From an uncultured delta proteobacterium (GTDB taxonomy: Bacteria > Desulfobacterota > Binatia > UBA9968), in NCBI GenBank assembly GCA_963816145.1, contig CAWFJP010000004.1, forward strand, positions 448,001 to 512,000: 64,000 bases of DNA, in the 5' to 3' direction. A model generated the notes under the pieces. It saw nothing but the letters and a program-made list of their open reading frames with translations, was not told the DNA's origin and made no database searches. The position numbers and the translations under genes were made by a program. Each line of letters starts with the position of its first letter. Position 1 is the first letter of the stretch. Of the stretch, positions 1-10,009 are shown one piece after another.

Positions 1-32
1 TGGATGATGTGTCACGTTCGGTTTGGGTTGTG

Positions 33-103
33 CACCACGAAGGACACGAAGATCACGAAGTTCGGAATTTTGATCGTCCGAAATGTTCGTGATTTTCGTG
101 GTG
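33..103. repeat. Inverted element built from 9-bp CACGAAG-type units
   Basis: CACCACGAAGGACACGAAGATCACGAAG (33-60) is mirrored by TTCGTGATTTTCGTGGTG (86-103). Confidence 0.7.
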
Positions 104-227
104 AAAGCCTCTTCACAGTAAGCCGGGATGCATCTTGAATGAAGACCAGCGACAGAGTCAAAGCGGTTTGTTTTCTTTTCTCGTCACCCTCCAGGATACT
201 GTATCGCAATGCGCAAAGGCCCCACAT

Positions 228-311
228 CTGTCATCCCGAGCGCAGCGAGGGATCTCGTGTTTCCAGCCACAATCGAAGCAGAGATTCCTCGGCTTGGCCT
301 CGGAATGACAG
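228..311. repeat. Palindromic miniature element (CIR/RPE-like)
   Basis: Nested inverted repeats CTGTCATCCCGAG...GAGGGATCTC...GAGATTCCTC...CTCGGAATGACAG. Confidence 0.8.
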
Positions 312-342
312 TTGCGACAAAGTCTCGACGAGGAGGGAGACG

Positions 343-1458
343 ATGAACTCGAGGGTGGTCAAGATTCGAAGGGCCCTCACCCCCGCCCTCTCCCGCTTTG
401 CGGGCGAGGGGGCAAGAGGTTTAGGGCGCGGCAGTCGGCGTTTGGCCGTGTTGCTTATCTTATTGATGGTGGTGCCGCTAAGAACTTTCGCTGCGGAGCT
501 ACGAACCGTCACTGTGCTTTCCTATCCCGACCGGCCGGCGAAGCTGCCGCTGTGGCTGGCGCAGGACGCGGGGATTTTCAAAAAGTACGGACTCGCCGTT
601 GAAATCAAAACGCCCAACTCGGGCGAGGCGATCGCCGAAGGCGCGCGCGACAATGCGGCGGACATCTACGTCGCCACGGCCAACTGGATGGTGTCGGCCG
701 TCGGCGACGGGGCGGATTTGATGTTCTTCGCCAATACCGGCTACAGCGTGCTCAAGCTATTATCACATCCATCGATTACGCGGCCCGAACAATTGCGCGG
801 CAAGCGGGTCGGCACCGGCGAAGCGGGAAGCTCGCAGGACCGGATTACGCGCGAGACCTTGCGCCGGCTCGGTCTCGATGCCGACAAAGACGTTACGCTG
901 GTGCCGTTCGGCAGCCGGAGTATTCAACGGCTGAACGCGCTGGTCAAAGGCGAGATCGATGCGACCACTAGCAACGAAGACAATATCTTCGACCTCGAAA
1001 GGCGCGGTGAGATCGACAAGGTTCGCGTTCTGGCCGACAACGACAGCTTGAAACTGTTCATCGGCGCGGGTGTCGACTTCGCCGTCACACGTAAGCTGCT
1101 GGTTAGCTCGCGCGACACGGTGAAAAAATTCGTCCAGGCGCTCAGCGAAGCGATCGCGCTGGCGCGGCGCGACCGCGCGGCGGCGGACCGAATTTATTCG
1201 AAGTATCTGAAAGTCAGCGATCCGGTGTTGCTCGAATTTATGTACCGCACCTATGTCCAGCACGCGATCCCCGAGCAGCCGTTCCCTAAATTGGACAACG
1301 TCGCGCTGGGCATCGCCGAGTTCGCTGCCAAGCCTGGGCTGAAGGGGAAATCCGCGGAGATGCTCACCGATATGTCGTTGGTGCGAGAGCTGGAGCGGGA
1401 CGGATTCTTCAACCGTTCTGACCAGGCCAAACCAGCCCACGGCGATCGCCCTGAATAA
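343..1458 (+). CDS. ABC transporter substrate-binding protein, NMT1/THI5/SsuA-like
   Basis: AGGAGG RBS before ATG 343; hydrophobic signal ending TFAA; LPLWLAQDAGIFKKYGL and LRGKRVG motifs. Confidence 0.85.
   Translation: MNSRVVKIRRALTPALSRFAGEGARGLGRGSRRLAVLLILLMVVPLRTFAAELRTVTVLSYPDRPAKLPLWLAQDAGIFKKYGLAVEIKTPNSGEAIAEGARDNAADIYVATANWMVSAVGDGADLMFFANTGYSVLKLLSHPSITRPEQLRGKRVGTGEAGSSQDRITRETLRRLGLDADKDVTLVPFGSRSIQRLNALVKGEIDATTSNEDNIFDLERRGEIDKVRVLADNDSLKLFIGAGVDFAVTRKLLVSSRDTVKKFVQALSEAIALARRDRAAADRIYSKYLKVSDPVLLEFMYRTYVQHAIPEQPFPKLDNVALGIAEFAAKPGLKGKSAEMLTDMSLVRELERDGFFNRSDQAKPAHGDRPE
374..412. repeat. CCCTCACCCC-type palindromic repeat inside the 5' end of the binding-protein gene
   Basis: CCCTCACCCCCGCCCTCTCCCGCTTTGCGGGCGAGGGG; same family as 19454-19540. 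Confidence 0.7.
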
Positions 1459-1807
1459 ATCTGATACTGATCAGTCTTCCAAATAAGATCGCCGCATATC
1501 GAGTTCCGTAACTCGATGACGCTGGAAGTCAGCGGGCGCACTGTTGCAATGCGGTATGTTAAAAGCGTGCATGTGGAATGCACGCCATAACCCTTGGGCG
1601 CGTCGGCACCCTTCAGCCTTGACGATAAAGAGGCTTTGCGCGGTCGCAGTTTTCGCTGCCAGGTTTTAGCAAGACTCCATTGATAGCGTAGCGCGGTTGG
1701 CTAGACCGCGCGCGTTGCCTGCGCGCGGTCGTAGTATTGATTTCTAGTGCGAGAGTGATTTTTATTTCATCTTAATTCCGACCGGTCGGTAAAACCGGAA
1801 CGAGATG

Positions 1808-2503
1808 CTAAAAGCGCTCCTTGGTTGAACTATCCTGCGCCGCGTTCTGGAGCGGTTTCAACCGGCGCTCAACGGCATCCCAGTTGATATTTGCGAAAAA
1901 CGCATCGATATACTTCGGGCGTTCGCTCGGCTGAAAGTCGAGCAAATAGGCGTGCTCCCAGACGTCCATCACCAGCACCGGCGTAAAACCGGCGATATTG
2001 CCGATTTCATGCGACGATATCCAGTGATTGCTCACGTGGCCGCGCTGGGGGTCTTGAAAGCAAATGACCCAGCCGACGCCGCGCATTTTACCCTTGGCGA
2101 CGAAATCCGCCTGCCAATTCTGATAACTGCCGAAACTGGACTGGGCGGCTTGCAGAAATATCGATTTGCCGTGGGGATCGCTGGAGCCGAATTTTTTCAG
2201 GTTGGCGAAATAATACTCGTGCAAAATCATGCCATTGTATTCAAACCCCAGGCGGCGAGTGAGCTCCGAATAAATATCGAAGTCGGCGCTTTCGACGCGA
2301 CCGTTTCTGGTGTACTCCGACAGACGCTCGTTGAGCTGGTTGGTTTGCTTTACGTAACCTTCGTAAAGCTTGAAATGCATTTCGAGGGTGCGATCGGATA
2401 TACTTTGCAGTCCGCTTAAGTTGAAGGTCTTGATCGGATACACGCGATCTTCGAGGGCTTCGAGATTGCCGGCTTTTTTTGCGTCCAGTTTACTGTTCAT
2501 CAT
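1808..2503 (-). CDS. Fe/Mn superoxide dismutase (ChrC-like subgroup)
   Basis: DVWEHAY signature; His ligands in EMHFKLY and NGMILHEYYF; GGAGG RBS. Confidence 0.9.
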   Translation of the reverse strand: MMNSKLDAKKAGNLEALEDRVYPIKTFNLSGLQSISDRTLEMHFKLYEGYVKQTNQLNERLSEYTRNGRVESADFDIYSELTRRLGFEYNGMILHEYYFANLKKFGSSDPHGKSIFLQAAQSSFGSYQNWQADFVAKGKMRGVGWVICFQDPQRGHVSNHWISSHEIGNIAGFTPVLVMDVWEHAYLLDFQPSERPKYIDAFFANINWDAVERRLKPLQNAAQDSSTKERF

Positions 2504-2562
2504 TTCCTCCTGGTTCTAAGGTTATTGTTGCTGCTATCGAACACATTCGCATAAGTTTATCT

Positions 2563-3039
2563 CTAGCTGATCTGCTGAGCGGTGCTCTCCCAATGTAGGA
2601 GCCGGCTTACCGGACGGCCTTGGGAGATCTCCAAGTCTTTGATTTCCTTGGTGCGGTCGCCAAAGCTAGCCTTCACGTCGTACTTGCCTTGGGGCAGTTC
2701 GACATAAAGCCATGGACCCGCGGTGGTGGTCCTCAAGATCTGCTTGCCATGCTGGTCGTCGACCGTAACCTTGACGTCGCTCAGGTAACCGCCATGGCGG
2801 TCGGCAAACTCTAGCTTAAGATCGTAACCCTGGGCCATCTTAAGCATCCGCGCGCGTTCTTCCTGTCCGACGCCGCCCGACATGAAGGCTGTGCCCTCCG
2901 GCGACTTCTCAGTGTCGATGCCGCTGGAAATTGACTGGGCACAAAGCGGCAATGGTTGTGCAAGCAGCAGCGCGAGCGGCAAGCCGGCCAGAGACACGAC
3001 ACGAGCTTTTTTTGCCGAGTTTACGAAAAACTTATCCAT
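2563..3039 (-). CDS. Secreted carboxypeptidase-regulatory-like domain protein
   Basis: Signal peptide; FMSGGVG..ER and GPWLYVELPQGKYDVKA motifs. Confidence 0.75.
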   Translation of the reverse strand: MDKFFVNSAKKARVVSLAGLPLALLLAQPLPLCAQSISSGIDTEKSPEGTAFMSGGVGQEERARMLKMAQGYDLKLEFADRHGGYLSDVKVTVDDQHGKQILRTTTAGPWLYVELPQGKYDVKASFGDRTKEIKDLEISQGRPVSRLLHWESTAQQIS

Positions 3040-3155
3040 CGTCGTTGCTCCTTCTTTGGCGAAATTTTGGAACCAATGTTATAGGCGTTTCATTTCCCTG
3101 CGGGTCAACGCTAGAGCAAATTTTCTAGAGTTGTGATTTGTAATCATATCGTGAC

Positions 3156-3170
3156 GCAACTCCGATGCCA
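3156..3170 (-). promoter_or_regulatory. Sigma54 (-24/-12) promoter for the 3039 gene and probably the SOD gene
   Basis: Minus strand TGGCATCGGAGTTGC has exact GG-N10-GC spacing. Confidence 0.65.
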
Positions 3171-3699
3171 GCGAGGCGAAAGCGACGGCTGCGCGCGGCC
3201 AAAAACAATCGCCAGAAATTCTCCACTCTAACGGATGATGCAGGTGATCCGGCTCGATACGAGATGAATCAGCGCACGAGCGTGCGCGGTCTAACCGTGA
3301 CAAAAAGGTGTGACACGTGAGGCGCGATGGTCATAATCTGAAGTGCCCATTAGCGACCGTGCGTTTTTGGGTTGCGCGCCTTACTCATACGTTCGGCGCC
3401 ACACTTTTGTCGAGGTCGGTCATTTGGCGCGGCCATCCCGCGTGATGGGGGGCGAGCGGGTCGCGGTACTTTCGGAGGGTGTTCCCAAGCGCACCCTACC
3501 GGAGCGTACAATTGCGACCAACGCGTGGAAGGGATTTCTTGCCTCCGCGAGCTGGTCCAAGGCGATATTCGGCCGTATCTTCGGCGTACATCACCAATCC
3601 TCTCGAGAAGAATCGCGCCACCGGCGTTTTGCAGCCTTGGCCATTAACAGGCTTTGCACAGTTGAAGCTTTGGATTCCAGATGTTAGAAAGATCCCCGT

Positions 3700-3776
3700 G
3701 GTCGCATAGCTCAGTTGGTTAGAGCGCGCGCCTCACATGCGCGAGGTCGTAGGTTCAAGTCCTACTGCGACCACCA
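3700..3776 (+). tRNA. tRNA-Val(CAC)
   Basis: Acceptor stem GGTCGCA/TGCGACC, D-arm GCTC/GAGC, anticodon arm CGCGC-CTCACAT-GCGCG, T-loop TTCAAGT, encoded CCA. Confidence 0.97.
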
Positions 3777-3856
3777 TCATTCCTGTTTCGCAGTTTCTTT
3801 TAGCTCCGATCATAAGATCTCGCTCTTTTGCACGGTTCCTTTGGGCACCCGCGCGG

Positions 3857-4210
3857 TTACCCATGGGCTGACTTGGCGATTAATTCGAGAACAGCTTCAT
3901 TGGTAAATGGTTTACCGAGGAGCGGTATGCCCAGCTTGACCGCTTGCTCGTCGAGTGAACGATCGGCAAAAGCGGAAATCAAAATTATCTTGGCGGCGGG
4001 GAATTGTTCCTTCAGTCCTTCTGCCAACTTGGTACCGGGAATCCTCGGCATGCGCACGTCGATGATGAAAAGCTCATAATAGTTTCGCTGCGCCAGCTTG
4101 AATGCCTCCAGTGCGCGGCTTGCCCAATCGACCTCATGGCCCCGAGAGGCCAATAGCTCCGCGAGTAACTGGCAAAATCTTCTATCGTCATCAACGACCA
4201 AAATTTGCAT
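3857..4210 (-). CDS. Single-domain response regulator (receiver)
   Basis: ILVVDDD, IIDVRMP, SA and KPF motifs. Confidence 0.9.
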   Translation of the reverse strand: MQILVVDDDRRFCQLLAELLASRGHEVDWASRALEAFKLAQRNYYELFIIDVRMPRIPGTKLAEGLKEQFPAAKIILISAFADRSLDEQAVKLGIPLLGKPFTNEAVLELIAKSAHG

Positions 4211-4333
4211 AGCGTTTGCGGTCTCATTCAGGCAAACCGAGTCGGCGCGGCAAATTGAAACGTCGCTGTCGCTGCGGTCGTATCGAGCGGTTCGGCGCGG
4301 TCGATGGACTGAAGAGTTGCCCGCGGTTAGACA

Positions 4334-4744
4334 TCAGTGGAAAATGTGGTCCCCAGGGTGCCAATGGCTGGCATCGCTATCTTGCCAGTCTTGGAAAAGC
4401 GCCACTAGCAAGACGCCGCCGCCGATGGCCAAGTTGTTCCACGCGGCCGTCCTTAAATTAAAATAGCTGTATAAAAACGGATTGATCAGTGTCAGGAACC
4501 CGAGGGCGGTGACGAACCAATCGGCGAAGGCAATTTCACCCTCGCGCCGGGCCAGCAAACGACAAAGTGAAAAAGTTGCGATGCCGAAACCGAGTAACAA
4601 ATCTTCCCATAGGACTTTGAGGATTGTGTGGCTTAGAAGCACAAGGACAAAGGGCGACGTCATCAACCACAGGCCTAAGAACATATTCAGCCAGATGGCT
4701 CGCTTCAAATCGATCACCTCCAATACATCTTCGCAGTGAATCAT
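4334..4744 (-). CDS. SPW-repeat membrane protein
   Basis: LGLWLMTSPF and GFLTLINPF repeats; four hydrophobic segments; AAWNN motif. Confidence 0.75.
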   Translation of the reverse strand: MIHCEDVLEVIDLKRAIWLNMFLGLWLMTSPFVLVLLSHTILKVLWEDLLLGFGIATFSLCRLLARREGEIAFADWFVTALGFLTLINPFLYSYFNLRTAAWNNLAIGGGVLLVALFQDWQDSDASHWHPGDHIFH

Positions 4745-4769
4745 TTAATTGCAACAATAATGCTAGCGC

Positions 4770-4784
4770 GCAAGGTTAATGCCA
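4770..4784 (-). promoter_or_regulatory. Sigma54 promoter for the SPW gene
   Basis: Minus strand TGGCATTAACCTTGC, GG-N10-GC. Confidence 0.65.
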
Positions 4785-4835
4785 TGGATAGATCGATTTT
4801 TCGCTGACGCTTCCCGTGATTTTCCGGATGTGCTC

Positions 4836-4869
4836 GGCAAAATTGCCTCAGGTGTAGCGCAATTTTGCC
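4836..4869. promoter_or_regulatory. Tandem palindromic sites, putative enhancer-binding-protein operators
   Basis: GGCAAAATTGCC (4836-4847) and CGCAATTTTGCC (4858-4869), 22 bp apart, between divergent sigma54 motifs. Confidence 0.5.
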
Positions 4870-4954
4870 ACAGCTTGTGTGACCGCAATACCCAGCTCGC
4901 CAAATTCCTACACTCGCGACGGCGCATAAATTGATCAGATCAATATTCTCTAAA

Positions 4955-4969
4955 CGGCGCGATGTTTGC
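4955..4969 (+). promoter_or_regulatory. Sigma54 promoter, probably for the 5248 gene
   Basis: CGGCGCGATGTTTGC, GG-N10-GC. Confidence 0.5.
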
Positions 4970-5247
4970 TTTTGGAAGCTTCCGGAGCCGGACGTAGGGA
5001 ATAGATGATCTCGGCTAAGCGCTGTTGTCGTCGGAAAATGTTTGCGAAGTTGTCGGACCCGATGCCGACTACATTAGAAAAAATTTGCAGCGTTGGCGCG
5101 GGGGAGCAAACGCAAGCCCGCTAATCGTTTGTTTTATGTCCTCGGACCCAGGACAGGGCACGGAGGGTCGCAAAATCAACTACCTGACATCCACACAGAC
5201 GTCGTCATAAGAGTGACGGAATCGCATTAAGGATCATGGAGGTAGAT

Positions 5248-5964
5248 ATGCAGCACAAGAGAATTTTGATCGTGGCGTTGTTGATGTTTTCACTGGCCGG
5301 CGCGAAGGACCTGCTGGCATATGAAGGCGGTAGTGTCAGCAACGGCGGTACGATCGAGGGCGTGGTTAAATTCAAGGGGACCGCTCCCCCGCCAAAGAAA
5401 ATTCAAGTCTCGAAGGACACGGCCGTCTGCGGCAAAACGGCTAAAACGGACGAAACAGTTGTCGTCAACAACGGCGATATCGAGAATGCAGTGGTATCGA
5501 TTGACAATATTGAGAAGGGCAAGCCGATGACGCCGACGGTCATCAAGTTGGATCAGAAGGACTGCGACTATCACCCTCACGTGCTGGCGTTCCCAGCCGG
5601 ATCGACGGTGGAAGTGATAAATCCGGATGGCATACTGCACAACATCCATAGCTACAGCAAAGTGAACTCACCGTTTAACTTTGCCCAGCCGAAATTCAAA
5701 AAAACCTTGAGTGTCAAAATCGAAAAACCTGAGGTCATCAACGTCAAATGCGACGTGCACAACTGGATGAATGGCTGGCTGTTTTCGGCGGCAAACCCTT
5801 ATTTTAGCGTGACCGATGCGCACGGCAGCTTTAGGCTTAGCGATGTGCCGCCCGGAACCTACACTCTGACGGTTTGGCACGAAAAATTGGCCCCCTCGAC
5901 GAAAAAAGTTACGGTCAAGGCAGGCCAGGATAGCAAAGTCGATTTCGAGCTCGCTTCAAAGTAA
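5248..5964 (+). CDS. Secreted cupredoxin-like / carboxypeptidase-regulatory-like domain protein
   Basis: GGAGG RBS; signal peptide; HNIH...CDVHNWM resembles a type-1 copper ligand set; VPPGTYTLTVWHE. Confidence 0.75.
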   Translation: MQHKRILIVALLMFSLAGAKDLLAYEGGSVSNGGTIEGVVKFKGTAPPPKKIQVSKDTAVCGKTAKTDETVVVNNGDIENAVVSIDNIEKGKPMTPTVIKLDQKDCDYHPHVLAFPAGSTVEVINPDGILHNIHSYSKVNSPFNFAQPKFKKTLSVKIEKPEVINVKCDVHNWMNGWLFSAANPYFSVTDAHGSFRLSDVPPGTYTLTVWHEKLAPSTKKVTVKAGQDSKVDFELASK

Positions 5965-6573
5965 CAGGCGCCGGCGCGTGACCCCGCGGTTAAAAAAACT
6001 ACGGCGGCGGACTGGGAAAGTTCACGTTCATAAACCTTCCCGGGCGCTGCCGCTGCCTTGGATTGTCGGAGTTCTGGTTTTCCCTCGGCCACGTCCATTC
6101 AATTGAGATTTGCCCGAGAAATGTTTCCAGCGCTTCGGGCGGCCACGAATTCCTGCGTCACCGATCATATAAGGTCTGTATTGCTCGGGATTGCGAATCT
6201 GCTTGTACCGGTTTAGCGGTGCGCGATGGTTTGCAATATTCGCAAGAGTCCCAGTGAACCAAGACAACCGGCTGCGTTTACGAGATGAGTGTAATTCAAG
6301 CTTGCGAAAACGTTCCAGCGGCGATGCCAAGCTATCGTCGTTCTGTTCCGAAGCGAGCGCGGCAAGCGTCTACTCGCACATCTGCAAAATAATCGAGCAG
6401 CGGATCGGCGCCGTGATTCGACAAGTGTCGCTCGTCTAGACCATTCCTAATCGACGCCACTTCTGCCGTGGTGCGTCGAACCGCCGCGGGGCAATTGACA
6501 GTATCGGGGTGGCGTATTACTTCCTAGACGATAACGATTGACACTATGCCGATCGCCGATCTACGTCGTCGTC

Positions 6574-6861
6574 ATGAAAAAGAGCAAAAAAGTTACCCTT
6601 GCGGATTTACCCTACATCAGCCGCGGCACGCCCGCTGGCGAGTGGTTTCGACGCCATTGGCTGGTCGTCGGCACGAGCCGCGAACTGCGCGACGTTCCCC
6701 AAGCGGTCAAAGTGCTCGGCGAAGAGCCGGTGCTGTTTCGCGATGACCGGGGCCGCATCGGTTTGCTCGGGCTCCATTGTCCCCATCGTGGCACGTCGTT
6801 GGACTATGGCGATATCGAAGACGGCGGCATTCGCTGTCCCTATCATGGCTGGTTGTTCGAC
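6574..6861 (+). pseudogene. Truncated 5' copy of the Rieske oxygenase gene at 10010
   Basis: 6637-6861 matches 10076-10300 with 3 mismatches; carries CPHRG/CPYHGW but no catalytic domain. Confidence 0.9.
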
Positions 6862-7112
6862 CTAGGCGGTCATTCACTTGCAGCCACCCGGGTTATCTCT
6901 TGGTCATCAGCCAATTCCAGTTAGAAATACCGCTGCAATCCTTGTTTCAATCTCCCACGGTGGCCGAGATGGCGGTCATCATCATACAGAACCGAACGAA
7001 GCGGGCAAGCAACGCCGAGCCAGCGGGGATGTTGCGCGATGTGGAGGCGATGATCGAGGATGTAGCGCAGCGCCATGTGGACGAAATCAATGTGACCGTC
7101 TCGAAGAAGTAG
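6856..7112 (+). pseudogene. C-terminal remnant of a peptidyl-carrier (PCP) domain
   Basis: FDLGGHSLAATRVIS, then after a frameshift FQLEIPLQSLFQSPTVAEMA; paralogous to the end of the 7452 gene. Confidence 0.8.
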
Positions 7113-7412
7113 CTTGACGGGTTCAGCCAATTGTCGGCGTAGGATCTTCGAAGAAAATCGATTACAAGTAGCACCACGGTTATTGTTGGATCGGTATCGG
7201 TGATCGGGCCTTTTTCTCCATCCGCAAGCCGGGATTGACCTGTTTCCTCTTAGTAACAAATCTTGCAGATTTATCCGTTGCCGCTTTCAATCCCATGATG
7301 GATGTTTGTCTTGTTTTTCTCGACTTACCATGATTCTTCCGGATCCCTTTAACTCGGATCGGCACAACACAAGACATCTAGTCGGTGATCAGGCCATTTC
7401 ATGGTCATCTCG

Positions 7413-7442
7413 TTGACGCCTCGTTTGCTGGACGTGTAGAAT
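7413..7442 (+). promoter_or_regulatory. Sigma70-type promoter
   Basis: TTGACG-N18-TAGAAT ending 10 nt before ATG 7452. Confidence 0.5.
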
Positions 7443-7451
7443 GAAGTAGAT

Positions 7452-9386
7452 ATGAGCGAGTCCATCCGAAGTGATTCAAACCTGCCGCCGGAGCAGCTGG
7501 CCATCCGGGCAAAGTGTTTTCACCCGACGGGCAGGTTTGAAGTATTCTCAGAAGAAGAGATCGAGCAATCGATTCCCGAGCGGTTTGAAAAAATCGTTCG
7601 TGAGCATCCCGGGCGATTGGCGGTTAAAGCAAGGGCTTGTTCATTAACTTATGCTGCTCTGAATCACGCGGCAAACCAGATAGCTCACGCGATCTTGATT
7701 CACCAGGGGAAGGCGGAGGAAAGTATCGGATGTTTGTTAAGCCCCGGAGCCGCTCGGCCCGCGGCAATGCTCGGAGTATTCAAGGCCGGGAAGATCTACG
7801 TTTTTTTGAATCCATCCTTTCCCGAAGCAAGAATAAAATTTATGTTGAGAGATTCGCAGTCAACGGTGATCTTGACCGACAATGACCATCTCTCCATGGC
7901 GAAGGGATTCGTCGAGGATGGGGTACGATTGATAAATGTTGATGATCTCGATTCACGTCTCTCCATAAAAAACCCAGGTGTCATCATATCGCCGACTGCG
8001 TATGCCTGGATCAGCTACACTTCCGGCTCCACCGGACAACCGAAGGGCGTCGTCCAAAATCATCGCAACTTGCTTCATTTATTCATGACACAAACCAACG
8101 ATCTTCAGATCTGCTCGGAGGACAGGCTTTTGACGCTGACTTCCTCAGCTGGAGAATTGCTTTTAGCGGTGCTCAACGGTGCATCCGTCTTTCCGGTGAA
8201 CATTCAAAAGGAAGGACTGGCTGGGCTAAGCGACTGGTTGATGCAAGAAGAAATTACCGTTTACAATTCGGTTCCGTCGATTTTCCGCCAATTCGCGAAG
8301 AGTCTGCGCGGCGATGAGAGTTTTCCAAAGCTTCGCTTGATCAGATTCACCGGCGAAGCGCTCTATCGAGCGGACGTAGATTTATACAAGAAATATTTTT
8401 GTGAAAGCTGCATTGTCGTCAACCGGTTGTCGAGCAATGAAGTCCCCGCATTCAGACAATACTTCATCAATCACTCAACCGTGCTCACTGATAGCGTTGT
8501 ACCAGTCGGCTATGCCATCGGGGGTTATGATGTCCTGTTAATAGGCGCCGACGGCCAAGAAGTAGGTATCAACGAAATCGGCGAGATTGCCGTCAAGAGC
8601 CGTCATCTCGCTCCGGGATATTGGCGCAATCCAGATTTAACTCAGGCTAAGTTCTCGTCGGCCGCGAAAGATAAAGAACGCCGTATCTTCAGTACAGGAG
8701 ACATGGGCCGCATGAACCCGGACGGATGTCTTGTCTATCTGGGCCGCCAAGATTTTCAAGTCAAAATTCGGGGCAATCGAATTGAAATCTCTGAAATTGA
8801 ATCAGCGCTGATAGAACTCGAAAGTGTCAAAGAGGCGGTTGTCGTCGCGCGTGACCATAGCGGTGGCGAGAAGCGTCTTGTCGCATATGTAGTGCCAGCA
8901 ACACAACCCGAACCGACTGTGACTGCCCTTCGGAAGCAATTGGCGGAGAAACTTCCCCAATACATGATTCCGTCTGTATTCGTGTCCCTAGATGCGCTGC
9001 CGGTAATCGGTACCGGTAAGGTGAACCGTCAAGCCCTTCCTGAGCCTGAGCAGTGCCGGCCCAGTCTGGACTCGGAGTTTACTATGCCTAGGAGTCCGGT
9101 TGAAGAAATCCTGGTGCAGATTTGGGCCGATATCTTGTCGCTGGATCGAGTCGGCATCCACGATAACTTTTTCGATCTCGGAGGAGACTCGCTGACAGCG
9201 ACACAGGTAGTTACGCAACTCGTCAAACACTTCCAGTTAGAGATTCCACTCCGATATTTGTTTGAATCTCCCACGGTATCCGAGATGGCAGAGGTGATAA
9301 CCGAGTATCAAGGGAAACAACTTAGCAAGGACGATTTGGAAAGTATTTTGGCCGAACTTGAATCTCTGCCGGATCAAAAAGCTTAA
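7452..9386 (+). CDS. Stand-alone NRPS-like adenylation + PCP didomain protein
   Basis: YTSGSTGQPKG, FSTGDMG, GRQDFQVKIRGNRIE, GKVNRQAL; PCP motif FFDLGGDSL; no condensation domain. Confidence 0.92.
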   Translation: MSESIRSDSNLPPEQLAIRAKCFHPTGRFEVFSEEEIEQSIPERFEKIVREHPGRLAVKARACSLTYAALNHAANQIAHAILIHQGKAEESIGCLLSPGAARPAAMLGVFKAGKIYVFLNPSFPEARIKFMLRDSQSTVILTDNDHLSMAKGFVEDGVRLINVDDLDSRLSIKNPGVIISPTAYAWISYTSGSTGQPKGVVQNHRNLLHLFMTQTNDLQICSEDRLLTLTSSAGELLLAVLNGASVFPVNIQKEGLAGLSDWLMQEEITVYNSVPSIFRQFAKSLRGDESFPKLRLIRFTGEALYRADVDLYKKYFCESCIVVNRLSSNEVPAFRQYFINHSTVLTDSVVPVGYAIGGYDVLLIGADGQEVGINEIGEIAVKSRHLAPGYWRNPDLTQAKFSSAAKDKERRIFSTGDMGRMNPDGCLVYLGRQDFQVKIRGNRIEISEIESALIELESVKEAVVVARDHSGGEKRLVAYVVPATQPEPTVTALRKQLAEKLPQYMIPSVFVSLDALPVIGTGKVNRQALPEPEQCRPSLDSEFTMPRSPVEEILVQIWADILSLDRVGIHDNFFDLGGDSLTATQVVTQLVKHFQLEIPLRYLFESPTVSEMAEVITEYQGKQLSKDDLESILAELESLPDQKA

Positions 9387-10009
9387 CGGTTTCTCAACAA
9401 AGGTGGCCAAGCTGAGTCTAAGACCTGAATTGGCTGTGAGTATTTGGCTATGGGTCAAATACTGCATTGCTCCCGTCCGATACCGAACCAAGACGTTATT
9501 TGAGATTTGACTTAGCTGGCAGTCACCGTCGGACCTCCGGCCATTGTTAATGCTCTTGCGATCGAACTGTCTTGTCCTCCAACCTGATCCCGGCTTCGCG
9601 CCTTTTGTCCGTGAGTGAGGTCAGACAACCGTCTGATAAGTCCAACGATTTAACCTCGAGTTTTCGATTCACGGGATTTTATTGTAGGGTCGACGTGGAG
9701 GCTTGGGAACGATTGCTATCGCACTCCAGCAACCGCTGAGTGACTAAGCGCGGCGTGGGAAAACAGCAAGATTAGATGCAATTGTCATGATTCCGAGTGC
9801 GTTTCAAATTTCCGCGCTGGGCATGATGACACTGTGTTGGGCGCCAGAGGGTCGGCACTCCGACCTCCATAACTTGGGTAGCGAGAAGGTAATGCTAAGG
9901 GTTGGTTCTCTTCACTGTCTCACTGCGACCACCATTTCAAAATGTTACCCTCGGCTCGCGAATCCGTCAGTTAACCGACGAACGTGGCCGTCATTTCTGG
10001 ATCATCACC

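Noticed and set aside
3700-3776. tRNA-anchored integrative island
   Set aside because: No integrase and no duplicated tRNA 3' end were found in the window
4930-4944. FNR box
   Set aside because: Spacing is TTGAT-N3-ATCAA, not N4; kept only as an unassigned palindrome
6000-6440. Short ORFs between the cupredoxin gene and the Rieske fragment
   Set aside because: No recognisable motifs or convincing RBS
9683-9693. Second intron 3' end (TGTAGGGTCGA, identical to 60945-60955)
   Set aside because: Only an 11-bp match with no adjacent domain V; may be chance
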